From Halomicrobium mukohataei DSM 12286 (GTDB taxonomy: Archaea > Halobacteriota > Halobacteria > Halobacteriales > Haloarculaceae), in assembly GCF_000023965.1 (NCBI RefSeq), contig NC_013202.1, positions 3,078,488 through 3,110,487 of the forward strand: a DNA stretch of 32,000 nucleotides, given 5' to 3'. A model generated the notes under the pieces. That model had not been told where the DNA came from and made no database searches. It saw only the letters and a program-made list of their open reading frames with translations. Shown piece after piece: positions 25,346 through 32,000 of this stretch; position 1 is the first letter of the stretch, and every line of letters begins with the position of its first letter. Made by a program: the position numbers and the translations under genes.

Positions 25346-26407
25346 ATGAGCCCCAGACTGAACGGTCGCCGCGGTCTCGTCCTCCTCCTGGTCGCCGCCG
25401 TCGCCGTCGCTGGCTCGGCGGCAGTCACGGGCGCGTTCGCCACGTTCCAGCAGCCGACGGGCGACGAGGTGCTCGACGGGGTCGAACAGCGGTACGAGAG
25501 CGCCGACTCGATCACGAGCACGGCCACCGTGACCGTCGAAAACGAGAGCGCGTCGACGACGGCCACCGTGGAACTGGCCGCAGACGACGAGAATCGGACC
25601 CGGATGGTCGTCGAGCGAAACGGCGAGACGGTGCGGGCGGGCTCGAACGGCACCGTCGCGTGGTACGTCGGTCCGAACCGATCGGCCGCCTGGTCGGTCG
25701 ACTCGCTCGAAGGCGAGGCCGGCGAGCAGTGGACCGGAGCCGAGGGCGAGTACGGCGAGACGAGCGAGCGCCTCGCACCCGACGGGACGCCCGCACTGAA
25801 CGCCTCGAACGCCTCGGCGACGGTCGTCGGGACGCCGACGGTCGACGACACCAGCACCTACGAGGTCGAACTCACGCACCCAGAGGCCGACGGATCGACG
25901 ACGCTGTGGGTCGCCCAAGACGACTACCGCGTCGTCCGGGCGGTCGCCACCGACGGCACGAACCGCACGGTCGTGGCCGTCGAGTCGACGGTGTTCGACG
26001 TGTCGATCCACGACAGCACCTTCGACCCGCCGACGGATCGCGTCGCGCTGACGACGGTCGATCGCTACGACAGCTTCGACGCCGCGCAATCGGCGACGGA
26101 CCTGTCGCTGCCGACCCTCGACGCGAGCTTCACCGAGGCGACGGTGACGGTCCGACAGGGCGAGACCATCGTCGGCCAGCGCTACGTCGACGACGGGGCG
26201 AACGTGACCCTCCTCTCGACGACCGCCGACGATCGCCTCGATCGACTGACCGAGAACGCCACCGAGCGAACGGCCGACGGCCGGACGGTCCACGTGACCA
26301 CGGACGAGGACCGCGCCATCGCGGTCTGGCAGAACGACGGCGTGACGACCGCGGTCGTCGTCGAGGGATCGAGCGACAGAGCGGTCGAAGTTGCGGGCGA
26401 GCTGTAA
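25346..26407 (+). CDS. secreted LolA-like / lipoprotein-sorting-fold protein (two-domain)
   Basis: It has an N-terminal signal/anchor (RRGLVLLLVAAVAVAGSAAV). Beta-rich domains follow the pattern Y.SADSITSTATVTVEN...RMVVERNGETVRAGSNGTVAWYVGPN, typical of LolA-like proteins. It is divergent from the MacB-type ABC pair. The assignment is by pattern only. Confidence 0.55.
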   Translation: MSPRLNGRRGLVLLLVAAVAVAGSAAVTGAFATFQQPTGDEVLDGVEQRYESADSITSTATVTVENESASTTATVELAADDENRTRMVVERNGETVRAGSNGTVAWYVGPNRSAAWSVDSLEGEAGEQWTGAEGEYGETSERLAPDGTPALNASNASATVVGTPTVDDTSTYEVELTHPEADGSTTLWVAQDDYRVVRAVATDGTNRTVVAVESTVFDVSIHDSTFDPPTDRVALTTVDRYDSFDAAQSATDLSLPTLDASFTEATVTVRQGETIVGQRYVDDGANVTLLSTTADDRLDRLTENATERTADGRTVHVTTDEDRAIAVWQNDGVTTAVVVEGSSDRAVEVAGEL

Positions 26408-26658
26408 TCTGGGAAGCGACCCCGAGCAGGAGCAGCGTCACACATCGTCCAACAGGCTCGTCGCACTCATCTTTCGAATTCTTGCTGCCTTCGTCCGTGA
26501 GATCAGAGGACATGTCGCTTCAATCGGTGTGTAACGATTCACCTGCTCCGACCACGAGCACACCGTTGTGCCGCGTGATCAGTTGTCCGCAATATCGAGA
26601 CTGCTAATTCCGATCCATGTTGCTACACAGTTATGCCGATATTTGATGTGGATGTGAG

Positions 26659-26841
26659 TTATCCGACCATAGAATAGACGATGCGACCAACGAGATACAG
26701 TGGGAGAATCAGAAGAACCAAAATGGCGATTGCGCTCCCTATGTCCTGAAACAGGCCACTTGTACTGTCTGAGACGATCTCAAGCGTAATTATGGAAAGT
26801 AAAACCGTAATGATTGCAAGGTATGAATTTTCTGACTCCAT
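26659..26841 (-). CDS. 60-aa two-TM membrane protein (island family, copy 2)
   Basis: The sequence is MESENSYLAIITVLLSIITLEIVSDSTSGLFQDIGSAIAILVLLILPLYLVGRIVYSMVG. It is a paralogue of 7429..7611 and shares the loop motif VSD(N/S)TS(S/G)LF. Confidence 0.65.
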   Translation of the reverse strand: MESENSYLAIITVLLSIITLEIVSDSTSGLFQDIGSAIAILVLLILPLYLVGRIVYSMVG

Positions 26842-27343
26842 GTGTATAGAAACCCAGTACAGATACAGATCATATTTCTTTCGGAACAAATAAGATCAAC
26901 GGAAAGATCTGCTGGGTGTGGGTCAGACACTGTTAGAGCGCGAGGAAGACAGCCAATGCGGGTTATACTGCCAGCTGTACGTCTGTGAAGAATTTCGCGA
27001 TCCCGTGATCGCGAATCTCTTGCAATAGTTACAGCCGGCAGTAGTAGCAGGAGGTTGTCAGATAAATTGAGGCGGTTCAGGATACGACATTGAGATTTAG
27101 CTAACTATACTACGAGATAATAGTCTCTGGTACAGAGAGTTATAAAACAGCTCACAGTGGGATTAATCTCAGGACTATATAGTATGAATTGGCCACTCGG
27201 TCCGTGTGCATATTTACCGTCACTATTCTGATAAACCTGATTGTACCCACAGAAATGAGCAAGATACAGGACGTGGATCTTGGAGAAAAGTGAACGGTAG
27301 GTACAGGGGAAAGTGATACCGAGATAGTCCATTCCCAAATGTA

Positions 27344-28390
27344 CTATTTGTGACGGCTTGCAAAGGGAGACTCATCAAAGCTGATGAAATCTAATTTTTC
27401 AGAACTACCTTCAATATCTGAACCGAATTCTTTCTGTAGATGTCGGATTGCATCTAAACATTCCTCATGTGCACTTCTAACTGTTTCTTTGTCCGGCAAA
27501 TAGCCTTCGTGTACCACTTTATTTCTAATTTCATAGAAATCATCATACCACTGGTCAAATCGGCAATAGTCCTCGAACTCGACTCCGGCCTTTGGATAAT
27601 GGTCGGTGACGATATTGTAGATAGCATAATACTGTCCAGAATCATCCTGAATGGATTCTCGAGCCTCTAATTCAGTATTTTCTGAAGATATTTTAGCAGC
27701 GACGAATGCGTTTTTTGCCCATGACTCAAACAGATTGAAGCTGAGAATGATAGCCGTTCTAAATTCACCCAGATCAACTTTATTTAATACATCTAGATGA
27801 AGTTGTAGATAGGTATTAGCAGACTCATTATTCTTAAGTGCTTCAGCCATTTGACGGGCTTTATTTTCAGTAAGTCCAGTTTTGGCACCTAACTCAAGAG
27901 GGCCTCCAGTTACAGAGCGGTTGCGAAAGCCACGCTCATCTGTTCGTATCCGAAACCTAATGATATCTTCAACTACAAGGGGGCGTATCCAATGATAACC
28001 AGTATTCTGTCGATAGTGTTGAAGAAATTTATTGAGAGCCATTATAACTGATTTAATCGCACGTCCCTCACGGTCTTGCATACTGGAACCCATCATAGCG
28101 ACTGCTCCGGGTATCTCGTCCGGCCCACCTGCCGGAATGGATTTGTACACGTCATGATGAATGGTTCCCTGAACTTTCGAACGGGTCGCTTTCCCAAGCC
28201 GATCTCGCTTAACCGTTACTGTTCCTTCAATTCCGGAATCACCAGATGTTCGCTCAAAGCTTAATCCGAATGGGTGTCCAAAAACTTGCGGAAAAAACAT
28301 CGGGCCGTCATCGTCGGATTCAATTCCATCAGGTACCTCGATATGGTATGGAATTTCAAATCTGACCAAGACGTGTTGCATACGAGCCAT
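27344..28390 (-). CDS. orphan 348-aa protein: N-terminal unknown domain plus C-terminal HEPN-like helical domain (Rx4H)
   Basis: ATG at 28390 (MARMQHVLVRFEIPY...). The C-terminal ~150 aa are helical (TYLQLHLDVLNKVDLGEFRTAIILSFNLFESWAKNAF ... WYDDFYEIRNKVVHEGYLPDKETVRSAHEECLDAIRHL) and contain RNKVVH (27509-27526), which fits the HEPN Rx4-6H motif with the common R-N start. Codons are AT-rich. Confidence 0.65.
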   Translation of the reverse strand: MARMQHVLVRFEIPYHIEVPDGIESDDDGPMFFPQVFGHPFGLSFERTSGDSGIEGTVTVKRDRLGKATRSKVQGTIHHDVYKSIPAGGPDEIPGAVAMMGSSMQDREGRAIKSVIMALNKFLQHYRQNTGYHWIRPLVVEDIIRFRIRTDERGFRNRSVTGGPLELGAKTGLTENKARQMAEALKNNESANTYLQLHLDVLNKVDLGEFRTAIILSFNLFESWAKNAFVAAKISSENTELEARESIQDDSGQYYAIYNIVTDHYPKAGVEFEDYCRFDQWYDDFYEIRNKVVHEGYLPDKETVRSAHEECLDAIRHLQKEFGSDIEGSSEKLDFISFDESPFASRHK

Positions 28391-28653
28391 AACGATACTC
28401 AAGAACCCTTAATATTTCTCGCAGCTCTTCTATCTTCGAGTATATCGAACAGTCTACGTATTTACTGGTCGGATGGTCTTTTAGTTTTTCTTATCTAAAG
28501 AGGCCTATTCTACAAGGCCCAGACCCTGTATTAAATGATTAACTGGTATCACAACTGCTCTGTGACGCCCCTTTGATGTAACTGACACGCAGCCAACTCT
28601 ATTCTGTGTAGAATTCGGCAACGCTTACGGCCCCCGACCTGTTTTCCCGATGC

Positions 28654-29493
28654 ATGACAGACGAGGCGACGGCGTTCGTGCCCGGTCACGTGACGGGCTT
28701 TTTCACGACCGATCCGGCCGACGATCCGACGAAAGCGGGATCGCGCGGGGGCGGGCTCGCGTTGGCCGACGGCGTGACCGTCACCGTCGAGCGCAGCGAC
28801 GAGCGATCGGTGACGCTCGACGGCGTCGACATCGAGATCGAAGCCGTCGAGCGCGTGCTGGACGCGCTGCGAGCGACCGTCGCGGTGCGAGCGGAGACGC
28901 CGCTGCCGCTGGGCTCGGGCTTTGGCGTCTCGGGGGCGACCGCGCTTGGGGCGGCGCTGGGGACCAACGCCCTGCTGGAGCGGGGGCTCTCGGAGAACGA
29001 ACTGGTGACGATCGCACACGGCGCGGAGGTCCAGGCCGGGACCGGGCTGGGCGACGTGGTCGCGCAGGCCCGCGGCGGCGTCCCGCTGCGGCTCGAACCG
29101 GGCGGGCCACAGGACAACTACATCGACGCCATCCCGGCACGCGGCCGCGTCGAGTACCACGTCATCGGCGAACTCTCGACCGAAGCCATCCTCGACGGCG
29201 ACACCGCGGCACTGACCCGTGCCGGCGAGAAAGGGCTCTCCCGGGTCGTCAAGGAACCGACGACGGAGTCGTTCCTCCGGGCCTCGCGCCAGTTCGCCCG
29301 CGAGGCGGGGCTGCTGACCGACGACGTGCGGTCGGTGCTGGAAGACGTGGCGGCGGCCGACGGCGACGGCGCGATGGCGATGCTCGGAGAGACGGTCTTT
29401 ACCGTCGGCTCGGGGCTGACCGACGCGGGCTACGACGCGACGATCACCGAGATCCATCCCGGCGGTGCGACGGTGCTCGACTCGTCTGACTGA
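28654..29493 (+). CDS. pantoate kinase (archaeal CoA pathway, GHMP kinase superfamily)
   Basis: AFVPGHVTGFF at the N-terminus, the GHMP motif PLGSGFGVSGA, and GTGLGDV. About 280 aa, as in archaeal PoK (COG1829). Confidence 0.8.
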   Translation: MTDEATAFVPGHVTGFFTTDPADDPTKAGSRGGGLALADGVTVTVERSDERSVTLDGVDIEIEAVERVLDALRATVAVRAETPLPLGSGFGVSGATALGAALGTNALLERGLSENELVTIAHGAEVQAGTGLGDVVAQARGGVPLRLEPGGPQDNYIDAIPARGRVEYHVIGELSTEAILDGDTAALTRAGEKGLSRVVKEPTTESFLRASRQFAREAGLLTDDVRSVLEDVAAADGDGAMAMLGETVFTVGSGLTDAGYDATITEIHPGGATVLDSSD

Positions 29494-29574
29494 TACGGAC
29501 GGTCGTCGGAATGTACCGGTGAGCGTCTACCCCATGGCGACGCTCACCGGTAAGCAACTACAACGTTCCGTATG
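29492..29574 (-). ncRNA. conserved ~84-nt hairpin element, copy 2 (opposite orientation to copy 1)
   Basis: The minus strand reads CATACGG, N4, TTGTAGTTGC, a 14-bp perfect stem (29514-29527 / 29539-29552) with an 11-nt loop, N14, and TCCGTATC. It lies about 37 nt 3' of the MFS transporter stop in sense orientation. Confidence 0.55.
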
Positions 29575-29611
29575 ATACGGGACCGCTCGACGAGGGGCCG
29601 TACGACCGCGC

Positions 29612-31018
29612 CTATTCGCCCGAGTCGCCGACGGCGGCCGCGGGCGTCGACGAGACGTTGCTCCGGAGGTCCGCCTCGATCGCTTCCAGGGACCGCCCCT
29701 TCGTCTCGGGCACGAGGCGGTAGGTGAACACGAGCGCGACCAGGCTACAGAGTCCGAACAGCCAGAACGTCGAGGGCTGCCCGACGCTGGCGGTCAGGAC
29801 GGGGAAGGCCAGCGAGACCGCGAGGTTCGCGCCCCAGTTGGCGACGGTGACGAGCCCCATCGCGCTGCCACGAGTCGCCAGCGGGTAGATCTCGGAGATG
29901 AGTAGCCAGAAGACCGGGCCGAGCCCGATCGCGAAGAAGGCGACGAACAGCATCAGGCTGCCCGTCGCGATCCAGCCCAGCGCGCCGCCGAAGCCGGGCA
30001 GGTAGAAGACGACACCGAGGATGCCCAGCGTGACGACCATTCCGCCGACACCGACCAACAGGAGGACGCGTCGGCCGACCCGGTCGATCAGTGCGATGGC
30101 GACGACCGTCATGACGACGTTGATGACGCCGATCCCGACCGTCGCGAGGATCGACGTGACGCTGCCGAAGCCGGTCGATTCCAGAATGGTCGGGGCGTAG
30201 TAGATGACCGCGTTGATCCCGGTGATCTGCTGGAAGACGGCCAGCCCGAGGCCGACGATCAGCGCGGGGCGCATCCACGGCTGGAGCAGGTCGCGCAGGC
30301 CGGTGCCGGACTGCTTTTCGACGGTCGAGCGGATCTCCGCCAGCTCCTCCTCGACGCCTTCCTCACGGGTGCGTGCGAGGACGGCACGAGCCTCGTCCAC
30401 GCGGCCGTTTTCGAGGAGCCAGCGAGGGCTCTCGGGCATCTTGACCATCCCGATCGCGAGGACGACCGCCGGCACCATTCCGGCACCGAGCATCCACCGC
30501 CACGCCCCCGCGTCGGCGAAGGCGTAGTTGACGAAGTACGAGACGAGGATACCGACGGTGACCATCAGCTGGTTCAGCGAGGTCAACGCACCGCGGATCT
30601 TCGGCGGCGAGATCTCGGAGATGTACAGCGGGCCGACGATCGAGGCGAACCCGATCGCGACGCCGTCGATGAGCCGTCCGGCGACGAGGACCGGCACCGA
30701 CGGGGCGACGGCCATGGTGAGCGAGCCGACGAAGAACACTCCGGCACCGAGCAAGATGAGCCGGCGGCGGCCGATCCGGTCCGCGAGTCGTCCGCCGACG
30801 GCCGCGCCGAAGGCGGCTCCCGCCATCGCACCGCTGACGACGATCCCCTCGACGAGCGGGGACATCGTGAACGTGTCTTGGATGTAGAGGAACGCTCCGG
30901 AGATGATTCCAGTGTCGAACCCGAACAGGAGGCCGTTGAGCGCGGCGAGGGCGGCCGAGAGGTAGATGAACCGCCCCCCGTCGCCGTCCAGAACGCGCCG
31001 GAGTTGTGCTGTCGACAT
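29612..31018 (-). CDS. MFS sugar porter family transporter
   Basis: ATG at 31018 (MSTAQLRR...). It has 12 TM helices and the sugar-porter signatures GFDTGIISGA, GRLADRIGRR, PESPRWL and PETKGRSLE. Confidence 0.9.
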   Translation of the reverse strand: MSTAQLRRVLDGDGGRFIYLSAALAALNGLLFGFDTGIISGAFLYIQDTFTMSPLVEGIVVSGAMAGAAFGAAVGGRLADRIGRRRLILLGAGVFFVGSLTMAVAPSVPVLVAGRLIDGVAIGFASIVGPLYISEISPPKIRGALTSLNQLMVTVGILVSYFVNYAFADAGAWRWMLGAGMVPAVVLAIGMVKMPESPRWLLENGRVDEARAVLARTREEGVEEELAEIRSTVEKQSGTGLRDLLQPWMRPALIVGLGLAVFQQITGINAVIYYAPTILESTGFGSVTSILATVGIGVINVVMTVVAIALIDRVGRRVLLLVGVGGMVVTLGILGVVFYLPGFGGALGWIATGSLMLFVAFFAIGLGPVFWLLISEIYPLATRGSAMGLVTVANWGANLAVSLAFPVLTASVGQPSTFWLFGLCSLVALVFTYRLVPETKGRSLEAIEADLRSNVSSTPAAAVGDSGE

Positions 31019-31208
31019 GTGTGAATCCCACACGAGCGTTTACAACATCTATAAAGAAGGCTTGCGATTTATCATCAAGATACGATCATGAAATAGTAGA
31101 GATGACAGTGTAGTACTTCAGTAAAGCGGTTACCGGCTAAAAAGAGATGGTAAGAGATATGTAACGATGGAGCGATGGACTTTCGACGCTCGGCGGCGAC
31201 GTGTCTCC

Positions 31209-31952
31209 ATGAGCGAGATCGACGTTCCGGAGTCTCACCCTCGATACGAGTCGCTGCTGACCCGCCACCGGATCGAGGACGGGGTCGAGACGGGCATCAC
31301 CTCGAAACAGGGACTCATCGCACAGGGCCGCGGCGAGGCGTTCGACTATCTGCTCGGCGAGCGGACGACCGACACCGCCGCCGCCGCCGAGCGGGCCGCC
31401 GCGGCCCACCTCCTGCAGGCCGACCACGCCGTGCTCTCGATCAACGGCAACGTCGCCGCGCTGGTTCCCGGAGAGATGGTCACGCTGGCCGAAGCGACCG
31501 GTGCCGACCTGGAAGTGAACCTCTTCAACCGGACGGCGGCGCGGATGGAGCGGATCGCCGACCACCTGCGCGAACACGGGGCCGAGGACGTGCTCGGACT
31601 CACCGCCGACGGCCGGATCCCCGGCCTCGACCACGAGCGCGCGAAGGTCGACGCCGACGGCATCGGCGACGCCGACGTGGTGCTGGTCCCGCTGGAGGAC
31701 GGCGATCGCGCCGAGGCGCTTGCCGACATGGGCAAGACCGAACTCGTCGTCGATCTCAATCCCCTGTCCCGGTCGGCCCAGACCGCCGCCGTGCCGATCG
31801 TCGACAACATCATCCGGGCCGTCCCGGCGATGACCGAGCACGCCCGAGAGCTGGCCGGCGACGAGGCGGCCCAGCGCGAGGCGATCGAGTCCTTCGACGC
31901 CGCGGAGGCGCTGTCCGCGGCCGAGCGGGCGATCCGCGACGGCGAACTCTGA
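31209..31952 (+). CDS. 4-phosphopantoate--beta-alanine ligase (phosphopantothenate synthetase, archaeal CoA pathway)
   Basis: MSEIDVPESHPRYESLLTRHRIEDGVETGITSKQGLIAQGRGEAFDYLLGE...LSINGNVAAL...VPLEDGDR...DLNPLSR is typical of the COG1701/DUF137 PPS family. Confidence 0.85.
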   Translation: MSEIDVPESHPRYESLLTRHRIEDGVETGITSKQGLIAQGRGEAFDYLLGERTTDTAAAAERAAAAHLLQADHAVLSINGNVAALVPGEMVTLAEATGADLEVNLFNRTAARMERIADHLREHGAEDVLGLTADGRIPGLDHERAKVDADGIGDADVVLVPLEDGDRAEALADMGKTELVVDLNPLSRSAQTAAVPIVDNIIRAVPAMTEHARELAGDEAAQREAIESFDAAEALSAAERAIRDGEL

Positions 31953-32000
31953 AGGGCGTCCTGTCGCACAGTCGACCGGAAGGCGTTTTTGCGACCGCTC

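Larger units (their letters stand above)
26600..28640. other. AT-rich genomic island II (foreign-looking composition)
   Basis: There is an abrupt visible drop in G+C and a switch to AT-rich codons between the LolA-like gene and pantoate kinase. I found no flanking repeat, tRNA or integrase. Confidence 0.6.

Noticed and set aside
26408-26658. An intermediate-GC 250-bp stretch at the left edge of island II, as a possible att site, tRNA fragment or gene remnant.
   Set aside because: All six frames are broken, and I found no tRNA-like T-arm or acceptor sequences. I also found no repeat of it at the right island border (28560-28653) by eye. A computational repeat search would be needed.
26994-27015. 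A 9-bp perfect hairpin TTCGCGATC-CCGT-GATCGCGAA within island II intergenic DNA.
   Set aside because: It is short, isolated, not followed by a T-tract, and not repeated elsewhere in the window. It may be a terminator or binding site, but there is too little evidence to report it as a feature.
27105-27338. A 77-aa ORF immediately downstream of the HEPN-like gene in island II.
   Set aside because: Its composition is Cys/Tyr/Phe-rich, it has no recognisable motif or TM pattern, and an open frame of this size in AT-rich DNA can arise by chance. It could be a third island gene, but I cannot support it from sequence alone.

Overview
This window looks like a GC-rich haloarchaeal (Halobacteria-type) chromosome segment. 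The proteins are acidic, the overlapping-frame ORFs are Arg/Pro-rich 'shadow' ORFs, and promoters are short AT-rich TATA-like patches. No database search was possible, so all family calls rest on motif recognition by eye and all counts are hand counts.

Most genes are housekeeping: TFS, NreA, the lonB-CPBP(abi) pair, NMN adenylyltransferase plus a SAM hydrolase-like gene, a thermosome subunit, a GT2 glycosyltransferase, a methyltransferase, an MBL hydrolase, a TRAM protein, an M48 protease, a MacB-type ABC pair with a LolA-like protein, the archaeal CoA genes pantoate kinase and phosphopantothenate synthetase, and an MFS sugar porter. I found no rRNA, tRNA, CRISPR array, transposase or integrase.

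The parts worth a second look:
1. Two visibly AT-rich islands (about 6.15-7.75 kb and 26.6-28.64 kb) each carry a paralogous 60-aa two-TM protein. In one it sits next to an orphan Tat-secreted protein; in the other it lies about 0.5 kb downstream of, and on the same strand as, a 348-aa protein with a C-terminal Rx4H (HEPN-like) motif. This is a candidate uncharacterised defence or toxin-type module.
2. Island I is bracketed by a ~200-240 bp direct duplication of the 3' end of the CPBP gene. All 5 differences between the copies are synonymous.
3. A ~312-bp nested inverted-repeat element lies between tfs and a membrane-protein gene and folds as a closed four-way junction.
4. An ~84-nt hairpin element occurs twice, just 3' of unrelated genes, with a compensatory stem change.
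5. A tandemly duplicated promoter/operator module with four TTTTAGGC-N2-NCCNAAAA palindromes precedes a six-repeat helical, cupredoxin-tailed Tat lipoprotein.
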